Source: Trichinella spiralis (lineage: Eukaryota). From it: a stretch of DNA of 60,573 nt. A program made the position numbers and the translations under genes. The first letter of the stretch is position 1. Each line of letters starts with the position of its first letter. Below, one piece after another: positions 1 through 11,861 of the stretch. The notes beneath the pieces were generated by a model. It saw nothing but the letters and a program-made list of their open reading frames with translations. It was not told where the DNA came from and made no database searches. The stretch covers positions 501,453 to 562,025 of the forward strand of contig NW_003526941.1 in the NCBI RefSeq assembly GCF_000181795.1, read 5' to 3'.

Positions 1-904
1 TGAGCATCGTAAACTTCACCATTTAAATGCTACAAAATTTAGGGGAAATTTGGTGGAATGCTGTTGGCTACAAATTTCAAATTAATTTAGCAGAACTTAT
101 ACAAAACTGACTATCTCCAGCATCATAAATCTAATTAAATCTATTTTTAATATGAACGGAGAACAAAGCAATTTCTGAAATTTCAAATGTCAAACATAAA
201 CGAAAACTTCACTTTGCACCACTTTTACCCGTAGTACAATTCGTTTCAAGATTTTTCAACTACATAGCCATTCAAATGGAACATTCCCCTCTGGGGTCTT
301 TCCCATTCAGCTGATAAAAAGTAACGTGTCTACACCCCTTCCAAAAATGAAGCAAATAAGACAAGATTCGCATGTCAAATTTCTGCTAATTTGCACGTCC
401 TATTTGCATTGAAAATGAAGATATATCTTCAGATAAGAATAACACAATAAAATATAAAGTATATATCTTTTACAGTTAAAAATTAATGTATGATATCACA
501 ATCTGTTTTATATCTGAATTATACCGAAGTGTACAATAATTCACAGAATTTGAATTTGAAAAAAAGGAAAATGCCAACAGATGTAAGAAATAATTTGAAA
601 TCTGTATTATTCTCAGAATTAACGTGTAACGATTAATGCCTATTGCCTATCACAGTTTCTTTACCAAAGCCTGCTTGGCGCATGAATCTACCGCAAAAAG
701 TCTGGAATCTTAGGATCATGCAACATACGCATTATCATTACAAAAAAACGCAAAACAAAAGCATCAGAACAAGAGCCTCTTAAATAAACACTCTCAATTT
801 GTTAAAAAAACACACCTGCTCCTATCATGCTTAGGGTGCAAAATTATATGCAACATCATCGCCTTATAAAAATAATATAATAAATATTTACCTTCATTTT
901 GTCT

Positions 905-1296
905 CTATTTATGTATCTTCAAGTAATTACTGCATGTAGCGCAGCACTGCTGCTCAATGGATTTTGTATGCAAATTGCAATGCTCCAAGTAAATTGACAT
1001 CTCAACTGAAAACAAACAAATAAATACATAAATATCGCAGATTTTAAATTATCATTTATTCAATCTGCATACCAATCATTTCCTTTGCCAAAAAAAGGTG
1101 CACCGCCACTTGAATTTAACAAATGCTTCATCAGTAAGCTGCTTACTGCAAATGCAATTTTCAATAAATATTGCCTTCTCCTCACATCTTGAAATCATAA
1201 AATCACAATAGCAAAATATACCATCTGGAGAACAAAACATGCGATATACATTTGGTAATGCAAGAAGTTCTCCTCCCAACGATGATGAACATATTT
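905..1296 (-). CDS. Possible small Cys-rich (PLAC/ShKT-like) two-exon coding fragment; start uncertain
   Basis: Exon ~1296-1147 (ICSSSLGG...RCEEKAIFIENCIC) ends at an A|gtaagc donor and joins in phase 1 to a ttttcag acceptor exon 1005-905 (IEMSIYLEHCNLHTKSIEQQCCATCSNYLKIHK*). It ends in a C...CCxTC pattern. Confidence 0.3.
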
Positions 1297-1427
1297 CTTG
1301 AAATAGATATCTCAAAAATCATAACAACACACACAAAAAACAAATCAAATATGCAACTGAAAAAATACAAATGACATTAATCTGAAACAAAAAGTTCATC
1401 AACGTTTAAAACATTTTACTTGAATAA

Positions 1428-4136
1428 TTAAATACGTTCAACAATAATGATATCATTTTCTTCGACGGAATAATAACTTAAGGAATAAAGATCATGATCC
1501 AATGATACCACTATGTCAGGCTAAATTCAAAGGCTTTTAACAATATAAATACAAAAAAGAACCATTGATATATATATATATATATATTAATCAAGCTAAT
1601 AAACTTACATTCCTGGAACTTTTGTAAGATAGCTTAACCAGTTGAGGTTTCAAATGAAATAATTCGCCAACTAAGATCTTCAATTTTTGAACTGTCAAAA
1701 AATCTAAAACAGTTACAATAAATACATTTTAAAAGAATAAAAAACAGCTAATATTACTTGGAACCCTCTTCTCGATTGCAGGTTTATCAGAATAGGTAAA
1801 CTTCAGCACTAAATAAAACGTAGAATTTATCAAACAAGTAATAAAAATAAATAAAAATTCATAAAAATTAGTAAACACTTTGCATACACTGTGTCATATT
1901 CTTTAGAGGATTTTTCACTGTTTCAAAATGATCTGGTTCTCCATACACTAAAACAAATAAATATATAAAGAAATATGTACGTATGATTAATAATTAATGC
2001 GGCTTCGAAACAATATCTTTATACATTTCACAAGATCCATAAATCGAGGATGCTCAGACAAAAAGCAAGCCAAATTATCCTCCATTCCTTTTGCATTGCG
2101 AAGTTTTAACCATGTTGTACCATAATTCTTCAGATAATCAATTTCAGACCCTTTTCGTTCTGCTGCAGAAATCTAAATAAATGTTAAAGAAACTTTTCCC
2201 ATAAATGAAAAAAGACAAAAAATATGAATAATAATAATAATATAATCATCAAATTTCAACACATCACAAAAGCAAAGTCTATTACTTACTGCGACTTTAT
2301 TAAAAACTCGAAGATGAGCAATTTTCGCGATGACAAACTGTCTGCTTCTGCTCTTATCTAAATTAAGCACTGGATTTCCAATAATTGAAAGCTCTTCTAA
2401 ACTAGGAATTTTATTCAGTTCATTAATTGAATTCCACTGAAAATAAATATAAAATCAAATGACAGAAAAATTAAAACTTATTACTCCTACATCAGAGATT
2501 TCATTGTGCGACAGCATTAAACTACGTAGTGATGGAAAAAGACCCGACTGTGGAATACAAATTTCTTTCAACTTCGTATGACCCAAAAACAAACACTGCA
2601 GGCTGAAAATATAATGTATTAAAATTATACAATTTAATTATAAAAAATAGAAATCCATCTAACTTTGAAAGACTACCCAATTTTAAAACTTCATGCCAAT
2701 TTGCCAATGGATTGGATTCCAAAGAAAGCAAACGTAACGATGGCATTTTCAATTCACTTTCAATAATGTCAATACAATTGTAGCTCAACCAAAATTCATT
2801 CAAATTTGGAAAAACTTTCGGCAAAACACTCACCTGAAAATTGTTTTTAATTCATCCAAACATTAAATTACTGATTTCAACATTTTACTTCATTCCAATT
2901 ATATTCAGTTTGACTAAGGGCAAGAGTTTCAATTTGACTGAATGTAACATTTTCCAGTGCAGCACAATGCGTTGATTGAAGTTTATTGTTACTAAAATAT
3001 TAAAAGCATATATAAATAATAAGCTAATGAAGTAAAACACAAAAAAAAACAAACAAAATTCCGTTTACCTAAGCGCTAATGAACTCAGACGAGGCATGAA
3101 ACTTATAATTTTCACTATTTCAGACCAGTCCACAATGAGCGTATTTCGCAAATATAACGAAGTGATACCAGAAAATAAAACCGAATCAGATACACTTAAC
3201 TCTCCGGCGAAGCTGACTAATGTACCATCCAAACAAAGACAGCTCATTTCTTTACGAACCCTGAATAAAATTATATAAAAATGAAACTACCCATAAAATA
3301 AATTCTATCTACTTTTGTATTGCAAAGTTACTGTAAATAATAATGCAAGTACTATAAAACAATTTCAAATATTTTATTTTAGTCAAAAATAAATAGTGCA
3401 ATTAAACAATACTTAATAAATAAAATAATTTAAAAAGAATCATACAAAAAAATAAATTCTAAACTTATAATTAAATTTTCAATGAAATTTAAAATGCAGT
3501 GTTAGTTTTAAAATTTCATCACATATATAGTTGCTCAGATAAAAGATACAATGCATTCAGCAGTTATGTGCATTTTTATAATTACGATTAATAAATTTTC
3601 TCGGAAAAAGAACTTCACAAACTTGTCGGAAGCATCTGCTTTCGCTGAACCAAAACTTTCAATCTTTTCCCACTGAGAAACGTTAGTGCATTCTATTATT
3701 CTTTCTTTTCCGGCTTCCGCAAAACTGCAACCATATTCGACAGTGTTAGGTCGCATAAACGAACCACTCTGAGGTGCTCTACAGAAACGCATTTTTCTTT
3801 TCTAGCTTTACTTAAGAAATACATAAATATTACGATGTTTCGAAATATCGCACATTTTGGTAGGTACCATCGTGCTTTCCACGAGACTTTTCATCCCACT
3901 CGATTCCCAACCATTCACCTAAATTTAAATATGTTTCAATCAAAAAAAAAGGAAAATGCACATTGTAACAGCTAAAATTAATTAACGTTTTAGTCCATCT
4001 AAAATACTAAGCATTGCATACCATCCAGCGATCCGATTCTTCCACAAAATTTTACAACTCCCCTTGCACCTCGATGTCGAACTCTACATCCAATAACCAT
4101 CTCAGGAATTTTATTTCTTCTCATATAATTATCCAT
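1428..4136 (-). CDS. TBCE: Tubulin-specific chaperone E (CAP-Gly, LRR, C-terminal Ubl), multi-exon
   Basis: Exon 1 (4136-4022) MDNYMRRNKIPEMVIGCRVRHRGARGVVKFCG. Exon 2 (3918-3834) GEWLGIEWDEKSRGKHDG is the CAP-Gly motif. LRR exons include FPNLNEFWLSYN and PSLRLLSLESNPL. EIDYLK and HPRF motifs follow, then a Ubl-like end LSYYSVEENDIIIVERI*. GT-AG introns. Confidence 0.93.
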
Positions 4137-4895
4137 TAAAAAATCTCGAAAAAAAATTAAAACGGAAAGCATTTCATAACGCTACACTTGATGATTCGCA
4201 GTGCTACAGATTACAGTAACTTAATGAAATAAAAGTTTTAGCCAACATAAAGTCATATTTTCATAATCAGCTGTATGAAATTACGAAAAAGATGAAAATA
4301 TACAATTTTTTGTTATATTAGGGAATATTTTATTTATGCTTTACAAAAATATGCTTTTTAAAATTTTATCGCTGAATAAATTACAGATATTTAACTAAAA
4401 GGATTCATAAATGCTTCAATATGATGCATGTATTTATTGTTTCAAAAATAATAATCTAAGTAAATTTATAGTACAATTTGCCTGATATTAGCATAAAAAA
4501 TAACATTCAAAAAATCACACATACTTTTCACTTTTATACTGTATTTTTAAGAAAGAATTTTCTGATTAAACTTTGAAAATACAGAATTTTTTTTGTGAAA
4601 GAAAGGTACATTTGGTTAAAATTTCTTTTAGATAAAACTAGTGATTTTACTTGTTAATGCTATAACATTTAAAGTCAGTTGTATTTTTATGTTTGTTTTT
4701 GGTAGTTGTGTTTTTCTATGTAATTACATTATTGTAAAGTTAAATTTCCTAATGTTTCAAACTTTTGTATATTTTAGTTTTAATCATTTTTACTTATAAT
4801 TATTTGAATTCGTGTTTTACCTTTGAGTTTTGTTCTTCTTTAGGTGAACTTATACTTGAAAGCTGATTAATCATTTCTAGGCAAATTCGGTGAAA
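4137..4895. promoter_or_regulatory. Divergent (head-to-head) intergenic region between TBCE and the FBXO7-like gene
   Basis: ~760 bp AT-rich spacer between opposite-strand ATGs. A tttctag acceptor at 4880 lies just before ATG 4896 (trans-splice site or 5'UTR intron). Confidence 0.55.
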
Positions 4896-6583
4896 ATGAA
4901 GATATTTGTCGAGTATGATTCTAAAATTGTTCAGTTGAATGTGCCAGCACATACGACAGTTTCAGAACTTGTTAAATTGTCGAAGGAGGAATTTGGCATT
5001 ACTGGGTTTGTTGGAAAGTTAATTTTTACATCTACCCTGAGGATAATTGACTCTTATTTCAGTCCCGGCTATACGCTTTTCTTCAACCGTACTGATAAAG
5101 TTGGAGAACTGGGGGCGTCGCTCACTTCAGCAGGGATAATTGAAAATATGCGATTGTTGTTGGATAAATCTTCAGAAGAGGAAAAAAGTTCGTTGACTGG
5201 CGGTGAAAGTCAACAACTGGAAAATGTTGTTAATAGTCTTTTGCAGCGTAACTGTACCAGCTTTGAGTTTCTCATCGAAGTTACCAATGCAGTATTTTTA
5301 CAGAAGCATTTTAGAGTGAAATTATAATTCTATATTGTTATTAGTAGTATTTTTATTATTAAATCATTTTAGGTTCCAAATGATGGACCAGTGTTGGCGC
5401 CAGATTGGAAAGACAAAGCTAATGCTGATGGAACTGTCCGAATGAATTATATTCATCCGGAAAATTCAGGAAAACTTGAAGTGGTGGCTATATGGTTTGG
5501 TCGACAAACTGATCATCAATTTGTAGAATTTGTTGCTAACAATGTCTTTAACAACGACTGCACTACTATCAGATTCACCGTTAAAAATTTACCACAGATA
5601 ACTAGCGGTTAGTTTATTTTAATCTTTTGTTCTATTGTGAAAAAAAGTCATTATTATGTATGTTTTAGACAACATCGCCTATTCAAGAGTGAAACCACTG
5701 ATTGATCATTTACTGACAGGACTAGTTGAAAAAATTAAAGATAACCATGGTATATAACTTTACATTGTATTAATTTCAATTTGAATTAATAGTATCATTC
5801 GGGAAAGAACTGAGTTGAAAATAGTATATTTATTTTTAAATGAGTTAAAAAGAGAAAATATGATAATATTGTTTTCTTTTTTATGACCCATTTTCAATGT
5901 TGATGATTATATCATGGAAGAAATCTTGAAACATTTATCTTTGAAAGATTTGAATTCCTTTACACGAACATGTAAATGGTTTCATCGTTGTTGGTATTTT
6001 CCATCACTGTGGAATTTTCTTTTGTCTCGTGATTTTCAAGGTAGTGCTAAGGTTGATTCACTAATAGTATTAATAATGGTGGTATGTAATAGTAGTTGAA
6101 TCTGATTGTCCCTTTGAACATTATCGATGGCGTTATTTTTCACGAAAAATGAGCCTCAGTCTTCTGATGCACTATGATTCCTATCGATGGAGAGGTTTAG
6201 ATATTACACAATTGGTGTTTTGAAATGTTTGCTTAAAACCATTTTAGATAATGCACCTAATTTGCTAAGCAGTTTCCCATTTTTTGGAACTGGTGGACCA
6301 GACGACCTTAATCCACTCGGTGGTGGTCAGTAAAAGATTTTAAACTTTATCGATTAAATATCGCAGTCTTATTTTTTCTCTTATTCCAGGTATACCTAGA
6401 ATGCCGAACATTTTTCCTGATTATAATGAACCTCCATTTATGGGACCATTGGCTCCTCCTGGTAGTCGACCACGAGGTCCACGTTACGACCCTCCATTTC
6501 CTTACGATACGCAAGGACAAATTCGTTTACCACGACCTGGAAGAGGTGGACCGCCAAGTGGTTTTGGAAATTATTTTATTTAA
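4896..6583 (+). CDS. FBXO7: FBXO7/PI31-like protein: Ubl, FP-like domain, F-box, proline-rich tail
   Basis: Exons ~4896-5005, 5063-5315, 5373-5607, 5669-5749, ~5888-6040, 6093-6194, 6248-6325, 6390-6583. Ubl-like MKIFVEY...TVSELVK; FP-like APDWK...TVRMNYIHP; F-box IMEEILKHLSLKDLNSFTRTCKWF...SLWNFLLSRDF; tail GPRYDPPFP. The junction into the F-box exon is unresolved. Confidence 0.75.
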
Positions 6584-6749
6584 TACAAATAACCAACCAT
6601 TCAGCTTTGAATTTCAATCTCAAGCTTGTTCATCTGTAAGTTTCGCATGTGAATAAAGAACATATACTCAGATTCAATACATAATATAAGAGATCTAAAC
6701 AAGTACAGTAATCTATACGGTAAAAATGATTCTTTAAGATGAGAGAGAA

Positions 6750-8114
6750 TTAGTCTTTTTTCCCTTTATTACGCAAAAATTTGGCTCGGGCTTTCTTCAT
6801 ACGTTTCGTGACAGAGCTAGCCAAGATAGATGGATGTATTAGATTAATCAATGATACCTTAAAAAATCAATTGATAACTAAATCAGTTATGAGTTATATA
6901 CAATACCAAAATAGCATGAGACAAGCATCCACAAGTAAATTCTTCCAAACCAACTGTATTCAGAGCACTACGAGCAAAGGTGCTTGAATCTGGTACAAAG
7001 AAACTAGGACGATTCATTTTCGACATTTTTGAACAAACGTAGAATGGACTAACACACTACAAAATATCACTTTCAAAAGATGTTTATATAAGAAAAAAAA
7101 ACTGACTTGAAATATCAGTCCAGAATCGCGATATTCTTCAATCAAATTACGAGTTAAAAATTTCACATATGCCTATAAAGAATAAAATGAATATATACAT
7201 ATGAAGGAAATTAATATGAAAGAAACAACTGCATTTTTTTACAATCATACCTTGCTAGCAGAATAAACGCTCATGAATGCAGTTGGAAAAAGTCCTGATG
7301 CGGAGCCGATGTTAACAATAGCACCTTTTCTCTTTTCCAGCATATTCGGCAATACTGCCTGAGTAATCTAAAAAGGAGAATGTTTTTTAACATGAAAATA
7401 AAATTTCATAAATAATATAAACTGCTCACCAAAGTGCAAGGAATACAGTTCACTTGGAGCAAATTCCACATTAACTAAAGCAGAGAATATAAATTTGAGT
7501 GAATCAAAGTGTTTGCTATAAAAATAAAATAGCTTACAGTTCTCCCATTTTCAATTTGATGCAAATATTCCGGATATGCATAGCTTACGCCAACGTTGTT
7601 TACCAAAATGGCAACATCAAGTTTTTTCAAAATAGATTCAATTTCTGCGTATTTATCTGGAGTAGCCTGGCCAAAATCAACCTCAAATGAAAAAACTTCA
7701 ACATTGGGAGCATTTTTCTCTGAAACAAACCAAACAATTTTAAGAAAATGTCAAACTGAATATCAAAACAGCCAACCAATTTCTTCAACAGCATTCTTCA
7801 AACGTTCTTCATTTCTGCCCAAAATGAATACGTTCAATCCTCGTTTAGCCAATTCAATAGCATAGTACTTTCCTATACCATCCGTCGCACCAGTAACCAC
7901 TACAAAAGCAAAAATTAATATGAAATGACAATATATTTAAAAAAACGATAATATTCAAAATAATACCAGCCCAATCACCAAGCTTTTTCAGGTCTGTGAT
8001 GTGACCAAGTGGTTTCGCAAGAATGTGCGGATAAACAATAGACCAGATAGTGTTGATCAGGTAAATAACAACAACAGCCAAAAATAAATAGCCCAAAACT
8101 AATACAAATCCCAT
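6750..8114 (-). CDS. HSD17B12: Very-long-chain 3-oxoacyl-CoA reductase / 17-beta-HSD12-like SDR (let-767-like)
   Basis: N-terminal hydrophobic segment, [13 protein letters not shown]ossmann motif, ILVNNVG, catalytic YSASK. C-terminus ...RNKGKKD* matches the KxKxx ER retrieval signal. GT-AG introns. Confidence 0.9.
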
Positions 8115-9917
8115 TTTCAGCTAAACAATTAACAAGTAATACAAATGTTAAATTTATAATCTAAGTTCAAAGAAGCATAATATAGAGTAGTATAAGACAA
8201 AAATGCATGCGTAACAAACAAATCGCAGAAAATTTGATAAACAAAACAAACAATGATAAGTATAAAGTGACAGAACGAAGTGATTGGTCAAAGTGCACTG
8301 TTGAAAAAGTAATGCATGTTGTTAAAACAATGTTAACTTAATGTTAACTTTTGCCTACAAGGAAACTGTATGCTTAGGTCAAGGCCAAAATAGAAGATTT
8401 TAAGCAGTTGGTGAAACATTTCTGAAGCAAATATTCAAATTTTTCTGCACATGAAGCACAAAAATTTGAAATATTTTCTACCAGAATATCGCACAGACAG
8501 TATTTCGAAAAGAGAAACAACTTACTCAATGCAAGCAATTAAGCATACACTCTAAAATATTATGAAAATGAATATTAAAATTTCCCATAAAAGCACAGAA
8601 AACACATATGCAACTTTGCAAAATGGTATTTAAACAGAACTGCAAAAAGTACATTAATTAGAGTAAAGTTAAAACTAGAATAAAAGTTTCTGTTTGGATT
8701 ATGAAAAAATTTTTTTTCTTCATTATCCTACGTGAAATACTTGCACAGTTATTTTTCCAGTAAAAATCTTACCAAAAAAGTGAGCAAAATATGCAATGAA
8801 GAAATTACTCAAATACTACTTGCAAGAAATATGATGGATTTTTATATAAAAACTACCATCAGTCATGCATCGTTATGTCATTTGATACTGTAGCTGTTCA
8901 AGTTTAATTTTTTTCAAAAATTGAGTATTAAGAATAATACTCATAATTTATTATCAATGTAATATTATTATGTGATTTTGAAATAATTTTGCTAAATATT
9001 TACTTTTTATTCCGATTATTATTATTATTATTATTACTATTTTAAAGCTGTCAAAGAAGTGAAAAACACTTTTAAATAAATTTTTCTTAAATTATTTGTA
9101 AAATGTGAATGTAATTCAATTATTTTAATTAGTTTTTCAGTTATTATTCATTAAGTATGTAGGCATTAGTTAATTCTGACAGAATAATTTTAGTTTTTGA
9201 ACATTTCCACATGTATAATTTCTGTACATCTGTTGGATGAATTGAATTACTTGATTGAATGAAGAATAAACGGCGTGAGGAACCATTTTAAAATCGTTTT
9301 TTTCTGAATATTTTCATCTGTAACATATATTTCATTGCTTCTTAATTATTTACTGCACTACAATTTCAAGACTGGCTACTTTATTTTAAAGTACGTTGTG
9401 TTATTTAAATCAGTCATGTCAAGTGACTATTGATTGAATCTTTTCTTTCTTAATTTAGTTTAATTCATTTTCATCAGATGTGTAAACGCAGAATACTGAA
9501 TTTTCGGCGTTGTTTGTTCTTCTTTTTCAAATGTAAATTAATTTCAAAATTGATTCCAATTAAATTTTCAATTGATTTGAATTTGAACGAAAAAAAAGTC
9601 AAGGGCACGATGGTTGTTGATTTGAATTTTTGTTTTGTCCATCATCATCAGCGAACAAAACAAACCGGCCAATGGGGTAATTAATAATAATTTTTATCAT
9701 TTGCAGCTGTCGTTTTGTCGACAACGCTTCTGCAACTAGCGCTAGCTAGGCTTATTATACTGCCGCTTGTTGTTGCTGACGTTGACATTGTCTTCAAATT
9801 TGAATTCACTTCAATTTCTGTGAAACAGATTTTTTCTTCCTACAGCCTGGCTTAATTGCTTTGCTGGTGTGTCTCCTCAGATGTGTTTAAAGTTTCTTCA
9901 ATTTCAATCTCTCATCT

Positions 9918-9944
9918 TACTACTACTACTACTACTACTACTAC
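9918..9944. repeat. (ACT)n microsatellite
   Basis: tactactact... run. Confidence 0.9.
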
Positions 9945-10738
9945 TGCGTACAATAAAAATAATAAGGAAGTAAAAGTACAACTAATAATAGCAGACACAG
10001 TCTTTTTATTAAATTCTTTCTCATTCATCATCAAAAATAGTAAATTGGTAAAAAAAATTATTATTATTTGATTTATTGTTTTTTTAATTTAAATTTAACT
10101 GTAATTAGTTTTTGCATACTGTTTGTTCACTTTTGAAGTGCATACTGTATGTCAGCGTTGATCTATCTCTACGCAAATTTGAAATCACTTTTCATTTGCG
10201 TTCAATTCACCGCTTTGATTGTGCAATATTGTGTCAAACTCTGCGAACATGAATGAATAAATAAATGAATGAATGGTGCTGTTGTAAAATTTGAATGGCA
10301 CTTATTGAAGAAGAAGAAATTGTTCATTCCGTTTTAACGATTTATAAAGAAAACCAACGAGTACAGCGAGCAAATGTTTCTGTCACATTTTCTTTCCCTG
10401 TTTGTGTTTGAATGTGTTGCTATTTATCAATCATTTTGATTATAATTTTACAAATAGAATCCTTTTCCATTATAGGCATTCGATTACTGTAGAAGGGTAC
10501 GCTTGTGATACTTGAAAAAGACGCCGATTGGAGACGACGAACAATTCAAACATTTCAAAAGTGCTATCATTGACAACTGTTCAATTCCGGTTTTGTCGTT
10601 ACATTTCACACATATAAGCTTGATCAATTTCTCTCTCTCTCTCTCACCTTCAAAATATTCATTTCCGTCTACCGATTCGGGATTGAATAGAAGAAGCAAG
10701 CAAGCAACATTTCTCTCTACTCGTCAGCAACAAACACA

Positions 10739-11267
10739 ATGCCAAATTGTCCCAAATGCAACAAGCCTGTCTATTTTGGTAAATTTACATATTCTGTTTT
10801 ATTTTCCAGAATTCATTTTTATCTATCTTGTATCCGTCACAATTTAAAGCGGAACGAAAAGTATCCATGGGCAAAGATTGGCACGCTTCTTGTTTAAGAT
10901 GCTTCAACGAACCGTGCGGTAAAGTTCTAACGCCAGGAGGACACAGCGAAGTAGTGGATTCATTTTTCAATGTTTATTATTATGTTTAAAAATCAAAATT
11001 GCTTACCTTGATTTAAAATTTTAATATTACTTTTCTCCTTTCAAGCACAATGGACTGCCGTATTGTAACCTCTGCTACCGCGCACTGTTCGGACCGAAAG
11101 GTAAATTTGATGACGATGATGATGAATAATGAATAATGAAACAGTTCACATTTTCATTTGGTGCAATTTTTACAAATCGAACAATTGAAGCTTGCTTCTC
11201 CTGCGTTTCAGGTTACGGTCACGGTGGAACCGAAAGCCACACTTTTCACGGTGGTAAAACTGGTTAG
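10739..11267 (+). CDS. exc-9: Cysteine-rich intestinal protein (CRIP1/EXC-9-like single LIM-domain protein), 83 aa, 4 exons
   Basis: Exons 10739-10778, 10850-10950, 11046-11100, 11212-11267 give [83 protein letters not shown]. This is a LIM domain plus the FGPKG glycine-rich tail of the CRIP family. Confidence 0.95.
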
Positions 11268-11861
11268 CAATGTTGCTGAATGAAAATCACTGACCACGTA
11301 CAAAACGCATTACACACGCAAGCACTTTGGCGACAATTTTCTATTCAATCAATTTTTTCTAACAAAAAGCTTTTTTCTATTCCACTTCTTTTATTCTTAT
11401 TATTTATTTTCATCAAACAATTAAAATTTCCATCAATTGATTTTCGATTCTCCTAAATCACGTTACCGGAACCAAAAATTTAAAAAAAGCGAAAATAAAA
11501 CGTGAATGCATATTTTAAAAACAAGGAAAAGAAAAGAAAAACATACGAACATCTATTCTGTATTAAACAAATCGCATTCCTCCTCATATTTGTCTTATCA
11601 TTATTGAATCAATGAATGAACATCTCAAGCCAGTTCTTATCATTATACAACACTTTAAGTTATACATATATTGTTGTGGTGGAAACTAAAAAACGTACAA
11701 AAAGAAAAATTATAATTGAATAATAATAATAATAATACAATCCCATAACGTAACACAAATATTCACATTCCATTTCTGGCGAGTCAACAATAACGAAAAA
11801 GAAATTTTAATTATTCTTTCTGTTGATGATTTTCAGGTAAAAGCAGCTCTCTCTCTCACAC

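Noticed and set aside
5750..5887. Canonical U12-type AT-AC intron
   Set aside because: No ATATCCTT/GTATCCTT donor at an exon boundary and no TCCTTAAC branch site. Kept only as an unresolved non-canonical junction.
10785..10970. Minus-strand 61-aa ORF
   Set aside because: Antisense shadow of CRIP/exc-9 exon 2.
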